A stretch of 63,994 nt of DNA, counting the filler, from Sphacelaria rigidula (lineage: Eukaryota), in the NCBI GenBank assembly GCA_964200075.2. It is 4 parts of 4 records of this genome, joined end to end, with 100 filler letters (N's around TTAATTAATTAA, not from the genome) between each part and the next. Parts side by side here need not be neighbours in the genome. Positions count along the whole stretch, not along the records: positions 1 to 15,996 come from CAXNAA020001528.1; positions 16,097 to 32,088 come from CAXNAA020001529.1; 2 more parts are not named here. The stretch is one strand, 5' to 3'. The position numbers and the translations under genes were made by a program. Under the pieces are notes generated by a model. The model worked only from the letters and a program-made list of their open reading frames with translations. It did no database searches and was not told the DNA's origin. How positions within the stretch are numbered: position 1 is the stretch's first letter; each line of letters starts with the position of its first letter. Positions 13,701 through 25,600 of the stretch are shown here, in pieces.

Positions 13701-14526
13701 CTGCGCTCGTTGCATATGTTCGCGCCTGAAACGCAGGACTCCAAGCCCCCAGCACCAGACTGGATCCTGCAATCTTTAGGGGGTGGGGCTCGAGCGCCCG
13801 GTGACGGTGACGGTGTGGTGGCAATCGGTGGCAACGGGGGGCTGGATTGGTTGTCCCAAGCTGTCAGCTCCGATTCGCCTTTTGCGACTGAAGGTATTCT
13901 GCCGTACATGATATAAGACACATCCCAGTAGTAGTCTTCAAGAGCGATATACCCACTGCGGTAGATATCTTGAATGCAAAATGTTCCCATCAGAGGAGGC
14001 ACACATCCTCAAATATATTGACGACCACTCACGAATACGCCAGTTGCAATATGCGAAAAAGGAATTTTCGACGGCAACAAAAGTATCACCACTGCCATAC
14101 CGACAACATAAGCAGGAAACCCAGAATAAACGATGCCAAAACCCTAGTTTCACAATAATAACCACACGAGGATCCCTACACGCACCCCCCGATCGTCCCC
14201 CTCCAGGCTCCGCGTCCCACGGTGCCGGGAGGGGCCCCGATTGGTTGACACATGCTGTGGGGGGGGCGGTGATCAAGACCAAATCAATCCGTCGGTTGCA
14301 CGGAGTTAAGGCTGCCGCTCCCCCACCATTATCATGGATGAGCAAGATGAAGCGCCGTTCGTCCATGGATCTCGAGGACGAAGCGGTCGAGGCCGCGGTC
14401 GAGCAGGCCAAGGCGGCAGCGGTGCCCGGCGGTTGGCTTCAGATCGGAACATTGGGTGCCCCCGACGCATTGCAAGAGGAGAAGGAGTTGGAGCAGGCAC
14501 GGGCCGCCTCATCCCTTGTCAGGTGA
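4800..14526 (+). CDS. Large intrinsically disordered repeat protein (RG/P-rich N-terminus, many Trp-centred short motifs); 8 exons, 5'-partial, possibly 3'-partial
   Basis: Phase-consistent GT-AG exons: 4800-5669, 5867-6267, 6499-6657, 7743-8413, 9244-10960 (alternative donor 10948), 12712-13430, 13737-13893, 14207-14522 (or stop TGA 14524-14526). Motifs xGWLTSGKLGVS, G/PDWL, LPPWAKRWTPP and KRRSSLGGGMPAW recur across exons in the spliced frame. Start codon not identified. Confidence 0.85.
7007..7366 (-). mobile_element. tRNA-derived SINE, family 1 (intronic)
   Basis: Reverse strand begins CGCCCCGGAGGTTCAGTTGGTAAC...GTGGGTTCGAATCTCGG (Pol III A and B boxes), followed by a body and a CAA/CA-rich tail. 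Homologous to copies at 45526-45865 and 46196-46555. Confidence 0.8.
11299..11510 (+). repeat. Dispersed repeat / transposon end (second copy at ~60949-61150)
   Basis: Both copies begin ACTTACGGGCTGACCGGTC and share later blocks (TCCTGATC, CTAGGGC, ATAACACCC). Confidence 0.7.
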
Positions 14527-15996
14527 ATGGGGCGGCCCTGGCCGAAGGGAGGGGGGGGGGGGGGGGTTCTTATTTCTTGCCTTCTTTCATTCGAAGCACG
14601 CGGTTTGATTCAATTGCGGCCATTTGCTTATTATAAGGCGGCAGCGGGATAGGTTGTAGGTGGTGTTTTGTTGGTCTGTCGTAGCTGTTGTCCCACAAAG
14701 GCAAGATCTGCTACTGCTCTTCGCCGCCCGCCTTAGAGCGGATGCTGGTCAACACCAAGGCGGATATTTAGGGGTGGTGGATGATCCACACTAGGGCAAG
14801 ATTTTTGTCTCGCCGCCAATCACCACCCTAGTTTGGGGTCGGCGCGAACTGATGATTTTCACGTGGGGTTTATGTGTATTGTATATATATATATTTAAAA
14901 TATCTGTGGATTTTGTTACATGCACAAGAACTTTGGAAGAGATTGTAAACGTTATCATTATCAAAGATGTAGCTGTACGGAGGTACGACGATGCAGCTCA
15001 CATGTTTCCAGCGGGTGGGGAGATGTGGCGGAACAGTTGTTTCCCCGCACCAGGATGTAACTTAAAGTGGCAAAGACAAGGAGGGCATCAACCAAATGCC
15101 ACGGCGTGCCACGCTGGGTGGGGTGGATTTTGCTTAAGCCCACATACAAAAAGCTTGTATGTCGTATAATACCATAATTCATCTTCGTGTTTGGCGCCAA
15201 CACCCGTGTGGGTAGTCGAGAACCCGCCATAGTTCGATCTGAGCCGGCAGCCCACCGTAGATCGAACTGGGACGCGATTTTACACGCCAGACGGGAAAAT
15301 TTTACCTACGCCGCCTAAGAAAGAGCCCATCGCTGTAACGAAAACCTGTATATTTCAAAATATGTAAGGCTTGTCCTCCCCCCACGAGCAGGTGATCGAA
15401 CCTAGATGCTCTTGACTGCTTGAGTCACTCCTTGTTCGTATGGGGGGGAATACTCCGAGGAAAATCGCGTTCAAATAGCTAGTTCCTTGTATAGAATGAA
15501 CACGGATGTCAGGGAGCATGAGTCAGCTTGACTAGGACACACAAAGGGGCGCTTTGAGGTGGGGGGTTCTTATGATCTTGCATTCCGTCACCATAAGACG
15601 ATTGCAAGAGCAGGTCGGGTAGGGTATATTCAATTGCGGGGTATTATGAAAGTCGTACTTGAAGTACACAAATTGGGGTAGGGTGTTAGGAGTCGCCCTC
15701 CAGTCATTTTTTGGGCTCGACTTCTAGCACCCTCCCTCAATTTGAGTACTTGAAGCACTACTTTCGAAATAACCCGCAATTGAGGTTACCCTACTGGGCC
15801 TGACCCCCCTCTGACCCATACAATGCCGAAATGGAGCACGCCAGGTTTTCGCCGGCCCACGCTCGCAATGACCAAGCACGAAGCGCTGTGATGCTGTGAT
15901 GTGTTCGGCAAGTCGCATTGGGGGCGGGGGGGGAGGGGAGTCATGATCTTGCATGCCGTAGTCATGTGACCAGTGACTTCGCATCCCTTCAAAGCC

Positions 15997-16096
15997 NNNN
16001 NNNNNNNNNNNNNNNNNNNNNNNNNNNNNNNNNNNNNNNNTTAATTAATTAANNNNNNNNNNNNNNNNNNNNNNNNNNNNNNNNNNNNNNNNNNNN
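15997..16096. other. Artificial contig spacer (N44 + TTAATTAATTAA + N44)
   Basis: 100-nt spacer with a six-frame stop linker, identical to the other two spacers. Confidence 0.98.
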
Positions 16097-19000
16097 GGGG
16101 GGGGGGCGCTCTTGTTTGTTGCGTGGCGGGGTGGGGGGACCCTGGCCCCGCCCGGGCGGGGGGGGGGGGGGGGGGGGGGGGGGTGAGCGGGCTGCCTGAG
16201 ATCGATCACCTGCTGTTAGTACAGTATTTGCGGATGCAAAGCGCCACAAACGTGGGGTATGTTTTTCGTCTGATCTGCTTCAACCTGTGCAGAGATCTAG
16301 TACAAGGCGACCCGTGGGTTGACTCAGGGTGTCTCCGCGCTATCCAGGGATCACCATGACCAAATGTTCCGGGGTGAGGAGATGACGTTAGGTATGCCTA
16401 CCGATGAGGGGGTAGTATGGTGCATCGCCGAGTGACGGAACGGCGCCATGTTGTCAGAGAGCTCATCAACTCGGATACTTGTCATCTGCATGGGGATAGT
16501 GAACGTGGTACACATTCATTTTTTTGTGGAGTCAGGATGTGTGGGTTGGTATTTTGTGATGTACGTACTCATTCATGAGTGTGACAACATGGACATAAAT
16601 ACCGGACGCGTGGTGTGTGTTTCTTCATGCCGATGCTGCTCGCGGCATCTTTTGAGGTTGTTTTTGTGCTGGCGCTGCTGACTTGAATACCCCGTACACT
16701 GCCAACGTCCATCTGATGGGTGATGCCGCGATAGCCCCCCCCCCCCCCAACCAGTCCCAAAAATGTGAAGAAGGAAATGGCCATGCAGCGCATGAAAGTC
16801 GGTCTCAGACTTTATGATGCCCCTCATGTAGGCAAACACTGGCGAAAACGATCCACAGCGTCGGAGCTATCCAGCCTCGTGGTGTGCTCGGCTTTTGTTA
16901 TTCGATTCGCATGTACAGCTTTGCCTCCTCAGCCAGCCACTGCTCTGGGGGGGGGAGGGAGGGTTGTCGCGGTATCACTCTGAAACGTGCAGCCGGTTCA
17001 TCTCTGCGTGTAGAAGTGCGGTGTTTGCCTATTTCACACCTATCTACATCATATACTGTATTGCACGGCGATGTTGTTGTGCCTCCATGGCTGTAACAGC
17101 ACTCAGTGCAGGCAGGCTGTTACCCGTACCGATTGTGTGCCGTCTGTACGTATTTCGTTCAGCAAAGAGCTTTTCTTCATCTTTTTTTCAAGCAGAGCAA
17201 AACAATTTGTAGCCGAAACGAAAATCCCGGTACATTATCCCAGGTGCTACTATTTTTTTTGTTTTCATCCCTTCATTGACAATATACCGGCTTCGACCGC
17301 CACCACAGGAAAAGTAAACCCGCCTCCACGTATCGTGCAGCATGCGATGGCCGCCGATGGTGGCAGCAACGGCGGCGGCGTGCGGCAGTAACCCGCTGCT
17401 GAGCTCCCTACGAAGCTGTTCAAAACCGCGGAAAGACTCCTGATTGTTATGTGCAGGGGTCTCAATCTCCAATCCACATAATCTTTTCTTAGTCTTTGCC
17501 ATCTACATTCAAGCGCACTTTTTTTTTTTTTTCTCTTCCCAAGCAAAACCGTGGTTTCAGAGCGCGGCGCTGGCTCTACCAGTACAGTACATCTCGAATA
17601 CCGTCGAAGTACTGTGCTGTATGGACTGCTGTGCTGTATGTGTGTCGTCTACCAAAATAACGTGCACAATAGGTTTCAGTGGTAACCAGAACCTGGAAAC
17701 TTGAGAATACGCACGAAATACACTTTCCCGAACAGCGGTCGGAAGTGTCACTGTTCACTGCGTGCATATACGTGCGTAATCAGACCCAATCAACACCCTC
17801 ATAAATACAAGACAGGACAGGACAGGGCAGGACTGTCTCTAGAGCCACGTAGATTGTTTTGTTTAGTGTGGGAATGAGTCAGCCCCGTTGGGTGCCCTCT
17901 CGCGTTTGGGCCGGTGCCGCAGTGCTGAGCGTCGCCGAGTGTGGGCTTTGGAAAGACGAGGGCATTAGGATTCTAGGGATGGGGGTTATGTTTAGGGTCC
18001 AGCGTCGGCTCGAGGCTAGGGTAGGCGGTCAAGGTCTGGGGCTAGGGCATTTGAGTTTCCCACGAAGTGGGACGGTCGGGCTTTTGGTGGCAACGGCTAC
18101 GGACGGCTCGCTTCCAACATCCAAACTATGATCATTGGATTGTGGAAATAGATCCCATCAGCGTTCATCAGAGCACGCCGTGTGCTGGGTATGATTTTTT
18201 TTCGGTATATCGGAAAAAAAGTCCAAACATTTGAATAACTTCAAATTATGAGATCTTTCTAACGTCTTCTGCCCCAGCCCCCTATTTCTTGGCTTTCTAC
18301 ACATGAATCACACATCAACAAAAACTACCAGAAAAAGCAGTTCCACTTCATTTGCAGTAGCTTCAGGAGTGTCCTCAGGCACGTAGGGGACTCGTCAGAT
18401 GAACCCATCTTTCCCCACAACTTTTTACGGGATGCGGGGACTCGTGAACTTAGTCGCTCCACTGGTTTCTGCCGACTACATGAATCCGGTTTTCTGACTT
18501 GCGGTCGACTTTCACTTATCTCCGGAAATCAGTGGGCGTTGTTGGTCCGACTCCCGCAACAAACTCTCAAAACACGCGAACCAACATCGGTTTTCAATCA
18601 CATGAGCCGACTTCAGTTGTCTGTGTCATTCCTTTTTAATAATATGGAGGCGTTATTTTGGGAGACTGGGCGCGTCCCAACACAGTACACCTCGCGTCTG
18701 ATGATGCTGAAACTTTGTGTATGTGCGGCTTTAAGCCGCAGGTAGATGTTGATGCAGCAGTTTCGGTGACCCAAGGCGTGTTGTGCGCTGCGTGGCTTGA
18801 AAGGGTGATCACGCGCGATGCTGAGGTGTTTTGGAGGGAATACATATGAAATTCGCGAGGAGGCAGCCGCTTATAAGTCGGCGCTGGTAATAACACCGTA
18901 AACAACCACAAGTCGGGGCTCGTCAAATGTTCGAGGCAGATGCCCTTGGGTTTTCACACCGAGTGGCGCAAGATGCGGCCGTGCAGCCTAGCCGCAGAGA

Positions 19001-19773
19001 AGCGTATTTTGCCAAGGACCGCTGTGAACTTGTTCGGGTGTGAGAGCAACGTCTCTTTCTAGACAGGGCAAAACTTAGCGGGCAGGATACCACGACGGTC
19101 AGGCGACGACAGCGGCGGTTGCTGTATTATTCTTTCATCAGAATCAACCGGAAATTTTTAGTGCGAATGTTCTCACGCGTGAATATCCTGAGTTTTCTCT
19201 GACAGGCGCGTGATTTCCCTTTTGGGGAGTCCTTCACCATTTACTGTAGTTCCAGAATAGGACAGAGCGCAAGTTGGAAGTTGCAATCTTCACGGATCGT
19301 CGCGGGTATTCCAGCCGTGCCAAGGCATAATCCACATCGTACAGTCAGTTCTACAGTACTCACTGTGCTAGCGGCTCTAAGCACACAGTACAGTGTCAAC
19401 TTTGTCGTGTTTTGCCGGGCTGCGATACATTTAGTGTATCAAGTGCTTCCGCCCTCTGCAGTGACACGCAACCGTTGCCATCCGAGCGCATCAGCCTGCG
19501 CGATTGTCTGTAGCGCCACCTTGCCGTGCTCATGTGGACTCGTCTCTTCCAACGACGTTCGACCCTCTAGTCTCCGCCTATTTTACACCTTGGAGCATGG
19601 CAGTCTACAATGAATGCCGCATGCACTGAATTATAATCTTTATGAAAATGCCTCCATAACATTGAAGAGGAACAACATTGTTTTGGAGTTTCCGAATACA
19701 CCTGGCAGCTCAATCACTTGAAATTGGAGTGCCCCGCAACTTGTGCTCGTGCAGTGGGATGGGGTGGGGCTTA

Positions 19774-20646
19774 GCCTTTAGTTCCGTATGCGCGTTTTTT
19801 GCTCGGAATTAAGCTTCTGAAAAAAAATTAAAAGCTTTTCTAGCGCAAATTAGGCGCGCTTCATGCGCCTTGTTCCCGTCCTTATCGTGGCGTTGTGGCA
19901 GTATCCCCTCACGAGATGCGCTTTCTAGCATGAGGACAAGACGACAAGTTGGGCATTCGAAGCTTTCATGTTTATTTTCAATTGAAAAATGAAGCCTTTC
20001 ATCAGTCATTGAGGTTGATGGCCACAGCCTGCACACTTACACCCTAACCCACTTACGGAAACAACAGACGCCACTACACTCATGATACATGCTACAGGAG
20101 TAGGATGTGGTAGCCTCTGGACACAGCGCATTGCAGCCTTTGGCATCTCACCCGGCAAGCTCCAAGCTCCAAGCTTCCACTCCCCCCCCCCATCATGTAC
20201 GGTCAGTTGACATTGAAAATCTTGTCGACCTACCGGTACTGATTGTACGCTGTACAAATGTACTGGTCTCTTGTCACATTTTTGAAAACAAGAGAGTACC
20301 ATGAATGGAGGATATAAAATGGAACCATCTGCTGATCAGACCCGCAACAAAGCAGGAACACAAAAGACGATCATGGAAGTTTGGAGTATTGAAGCCTGAA
20401 GCCAGTCGGCGTGTCTGGTGACGAGTCACGCCGCATGTAACGCTTGCAAGCAGCTGGCTGCAGGAGGCACGTTCAAAATTATCGCAGCTTTATGCGCGAT
20501 TTTTGGGCGTTTTATGCGTGTTTCAAGCATGTTAAGCTCGTTTCAAGCATATTACGCTAATTAAAAGCTTTGCGATAAGAAGGCCTATTTAAGCTCAAAA
20601 CCACCAACTTAAGCTGAACTTTATGCGCCCATACGGAACTAAAGCC
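19774..20646. mobile_element. Non-autonomous DNA transposon with 17-bp TIRs and TA flanks
   Basis: TA|GCCTTTAGTTCCGTATG ... CATACGGAACTAAAGCC|TA (1 mismatch). No intact transposase ORF inside. Confidence 0.7.
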
Positions 20647-22625
20647 TAGTGGGGCTCCGTTACTCGACGACTCCGTCTTTCAATACCTTGCACCAAGGGG
20701 AGAAGTGGTCGCTAGGTGGAACAATTACAGCCCCCTGGGGCGTGAATCGCAGAGCAAACATACCTCAGAATACGCAAGGCATTGATTGATGTCCAGGTCG
20801 GCCTCGACATCGACATGAAGCATCCACTCGTTGCCCGTAAAGAAGAGGTGCACCGGCGGGGTCCGACTTCCTCGCTGCGTTCATCGTGGAGGGCGATCGG
20901 GGGGGTATGTGCAGGGTTCATATCTACTGGTAAGCTTGTCAGCGAGTGGGTTTTGGGTTGCGAGGTCAAGAGGGGTCAAAACATGGGCAAGGGCTAACTG
21001 TGTGAGATGTGGGGAAAGCGACGGCGGCTGGCGGTGCACAAAGGCAAAAAAGGCAAATTGGCTGAGCATCACCGGTCACGAATTATGGAATTTAGATTGG
21101 TGTTTTTAGGGCGTGTTAATGATCGACGCCTATGTGTGTGTACGCGCGCGCGTGTGCGTATGTTTGCGGGGTAAACATTACCGTCTGTTTGTTGCTCGGG
21201 TTCGTTCGGGCATTTTTCTTCAATCGGAACATCGGTGTTGAATACAAGTTTGAATACAGTAAAAGCGAAACAGCGGCGGGATACGCGTGCAACTGTTTGT
21301 ACCGTATCCACGGGGAAAACGAGAAGACTCAAAAGACAGTCGACGCATCTTCTGTGTCCTCGGGGGGAAGGGATAGCAAGCCCCGGTGAGAATCACATGC
21401 GCGCAGATTTTTCTGTGGCTTGTGAAGCTTCCACTAACACGGGGGCGCAATATCATGTGGTCCGTTTGCCGTCACTCTGATGGTGGCAACATCGACCCCG
21501 TGCGCCGGAATCAAAAACAGCTGACTCGTCAAGAAACAACTGACACCCCACCAGGGGCCCAGTTGTTTTCAAGATTGCCAATCTTGTACGATCATCAGTC
21601 ACACACCTTGCTGCGCCTCTTGAAGTGCGGAGCACCGTTCACATCCCACTCTCGCAGGTACACTCCATCTAGGTGTGGTGCACCCCCCCCGCTGCGAGAT
21701 GCCAAGTCCGCACCCGACACCTCAATAGCCTCAGGATAAGCAGCAGCCCCGTCTCTATCCTCTGTATCAGCTGCTTTGCCCCTCGACGGAATACCACCCC
21801 CCGTAGCGGTCATGATGGTGTTGATCGTTTTCGACGCGTAGGCTGCCGTTTGCTCCCCGGAAATGCCATCAGTAGCAGCTGCTGCTGTGTGGCTAAGACC
21901 ATGATCAATTCCTCTTTTCCGATTTTTGTTGCAATTGCTGTTGTTATTGTTAGCCCCCGCGGCGGGGGCGAAGTCGTCGTTTTGTCTAAGTAGAGATTGT
22001 CGCGATAAGGTATGGGTGCCTGGATTTTGCTGACGACGGAAGTTGAGGGGGGTGCCGCCTGTCACGATGCATTGAAGTAGTACAACAAGGCGTGCGGACG
22101 AAAGGAGCAGCGGATAAAGGCGCAATGCTCGCCGTGATACTTCTCGCATGGGTGTGCGTACGTTTTCTACTACGATCTGCCCTTGTTGTGTATCGTGCAG
22201 TGCCTGTTTCTTGGGCTCAAGTTGAATAACGACTGCCTGAGACGCGGTCTTTGTAACATCGTCTACCCTTCAGTCATTTTCTGATATCTCGGCCGTGTTA
22301 TTTCATTTTCCAAAATATCGACAGCAACTAGGGGAAGGACCAGGTAAAGACTCTCCTTCTCATTTTTTTGGAGGTATTTCCCATTCAGATCACAAATGAC
22401 CATCGTTTTTACCGTGTGCTACTATCATATCAGATGTCTTCCTGTCTCTTTGTGTGATGATCCCTGACTGTACCAACGCTTACTTTTGTTAGGTGACTTC
22501 GACTACGGGTCTGATTTACGCATTTTATATCGTCTGTTAGCATGAAAAACATCATGTATCCTATCGATGGGACTCAGGACACCATCTCTCTCACTTGATG
22601 GCGTGCTGGTGAGCTTGTGGCAACC

Positions 22626-25600
22626 ATGAGTGATACATTTTATGCTGCGGCACTAGGTCTGGCAATACCTGTGCTAGGAATTTCGGTGTGTGGCAGGCTA
22701 TTGAAGCACGGGCGAGCGGCGTTGCGGGGGCGGAAAATCAAGGACCGGAAGGATAGCTTGTACAACATAGGCTTTGCTGTGCGAACGGGGGTGCTGATAG
22801 CGGCATGGTAAGCTACTGTACTGTGATTGTAGGCCACAGTACTACTCTGGTGGAGTTTACGTTGTGCGATGTCGTAGTCTGTGAGCTTATTTTGCGCCAA
22901 GATTACTGGTTTACATCTTCCTTTCAACCCTGAATAGGCCATGTATACACGGTGTTACTCTCGCCAACATTTGCGGTTGTTTTGTTACCGCTACAGTATG
23001 CGGTTGTATGTGTGCGGACAAGGGCTGTGCACCAAACCGGCACATCGAGATATACTAGCACCATCAGTTTCTCGCTTGGCCCACACTAATGTGCATTTCA
23101 CCACACATCACACGATTTTTTCTCGTTTATTCTGGACTGTGTGCGGCGTTGAGTCGGCCTAGGAGGTGATGGTGTCCATACAAAACACAACAATAGAAGG
23201 ATACCGGACATGTGTACGTTTTCGAAGGTCTGAACGGTACGGTGCTCTATATACAAATCAGCTATTCCCTGCCCTGTACGACTGTTCAAAATTGTAGGGG
23301 TGTGGAAAGGAGGAATTTTCGATCGATTCTGTTTATCAATGCGTTGGGCACCGAAGACTTGTGACAAAAACCGGATATGACGTGTCTGAAATATTTCGCC
23401 CCTGGCTGTCAGGAGGAAGCCAGACCTGGTGTCCGCATGAAACGCACCACCCGCCTTGAACAACAAGTCGCATGAACGCCATTGCTTCGGCTGCGAGCCT
23501 CACTTCGGAGCAGTTCTTCTCCAACCATAACTCATTATGTTTAACAAGCTCGACTCGGCCATATCGCTGTGAACTGCAGGCCAACCTGGTAATGCACGAC
23601 ACCGCCGCTGGTCGATTGGCGAAGTTTCGGCGATGATGTTTTTGTACTGCATTGAGTACCGGGAAAGTCTCGTGTCGTCGTGTGATGGCGTGTCTGATGG
23701 AATTTCGTTTCACGAAATGCGGTGGAATTACGATAGGGAATTGCGCCGCACGGCCACGCGTTGACTCGACATACGCAAGCAAAAGCATACTGATACGAGT
23801 AGTACTGCAAGATGGCATCAAGGTTGTCAACAGCTCCATCATGGGAGAGAACCTCCAAGCCGAACGTCATTTACCACCGTAAGAGGGAGAAGTACCACCT
23901 CAAACCGCGCTATATACCCCCAGATGCAAGGCGCTATGCCAGATTATCCGCGAAAACAAAATGGTCGTGTCGAGGTTCAAACTCGTGACCTGTCTATGAA
24001 GAGGCGGTTTTGTACGTTTGACCACCGGGTGCCACACGAAAAATTGGATGCGGTGGGTAATTCGAAGAGTTAGGCGCTGAAAGTTTTTCACAACGTTTTT
24101 ATCATCATTACGCACAGCATTCCTGGAGGTGCACCAGTATTTTTTTTCACGGAGTTACAGCCTTTTTCTAGTTTTTGCAGAAACTTCAAATCGCTCTCAC
24201 TTCATGCTTTTTTTTTAATGTACCTCGAGAAATGTTGTGCGTTGTCATAATAGAAATGTTGTGCCACAAGTTCAGCTCCTGACTCTTCGAATTACCCGCC
24301 GCATCGCCAAAATACATTGAAAAATCACTGTCAGCTGGCCCAGCCTGTAGCGTGGTGACGAATACTTTGGGTGGCGAGAAATATACGAAGACCCGTCGAA
24401 CAGCCGAGGAAACTAGCGCAATGTTCACACAATTGATCGATTAGCAAGATATTTTCTGTACAAGGTGATTCGTCTTTGACCGTCTCACAGCCAAGCCGAT
24501 CTCTCCATTCTCCGAGTAAGCAGAAGTATTTTCATGCTTGAGCACACAAGAGAGGAGCTGAAGATAGGGGCTTTCACTGCGCAATCTCGGCCATTTGGCC
24601 CTTCTTGGTTGCCAAGATAAGTGCACGCTGTCAACCGTTCGGGGCTGAATTTTGCTTGGTTTACGCAGCGGCAAGCGCAGAATGTGGGCATGTGCAGTGG
24701 AGGGTGATGATATGTGCGCATGTAGGCGTCAACACCATAGTGAGTCTTTACACTGGAGAAAGGGACGAGACAGGACGAGACGGAAAGCAGGGTGTCGGGA
24801 CGGGACGAGAAGTTCCCGTCCCGTTCCGTTCTCACGCGAAAAGGAAGACGGCCCCGTAAGAATGCCGTCCTGGCGTCCTTTCTTCACGGGAAACGTGTGC
24901 CCTGGGCTCGAAATACATGCGCTGGGGCCAGAATTTTGTGCAAGCGACGCATTCACGCATCAGCAAACAAAAAACACTGCAGGTTTCATCCCTTTAAAAT
25001 GAGTAATGACTCACGTTTGGAAGTATCTAGGTATACCTCAAGCGTTATGGTCCAAGGCCCACTCTTAGGCCATGTCTTGAAAAAAAATGGCGACGAAAAC
25101 GTGTGGTGAAAATTGAATCTGCTCGTACCTGATAAGTCCACGGCATTCGTGTTCTCAACCATTTGGGAAAATAAATGGCTGGACGTACAGGCTGGACCGC
25201 CCGAGAAACGGACTTTTGTTCAGCTGGTTCTAAGTGGCGATGGATTGAGCTGTGCCTACTATGACTGTGGCAATGTGCAAATCAACGCGCGTCTTTCACT
25301 TCACGTAGCACTGCGATCCGACAAGTTTCCATCAAACGAAATACCACACTGTAGTCAGCTGCGAAGTGTAGAGAGTTGAGGGTGACATTTGTGGCGGAAT
25401 TAGGGGGAAAAAACCGGCTGAAATCGCATTTTCGGTTACGGCCACCTGTGCCGCGGCCGCAAAGTGATGGTGCTGCACAAGTTGTGGTTGTAAAATAATG
25501 CTTGCCGTACTATAAGCGCGCAGTGTCTGAGATGGCACGCAGACGATATCTCCAGCGCGCCAAGGCGTCTGGTAGTAGTGTGCGAACCGATGAGCAGCGG

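Noticed and set aside
16755-17391. Small candidate exons 16755-16797 (PKNVKKEMAMQRMK) and 17341-17391 (HAMAADGGSNGGGVRQ*) that are phase-compatible with the last exon of the disordered-protein gene
   Set aside because: They lie across an artificial spacer between size-sorted contigs. A phase match has a 1-in-3 chance and no motif is shared. They may be the 3' end of another gene.
17960-18050. Degenerate TTAGGG-like tracts (also ~42092 and ~63203)
   Set aside because: Too few and too imperfect to call interstitial telomeric repeats.
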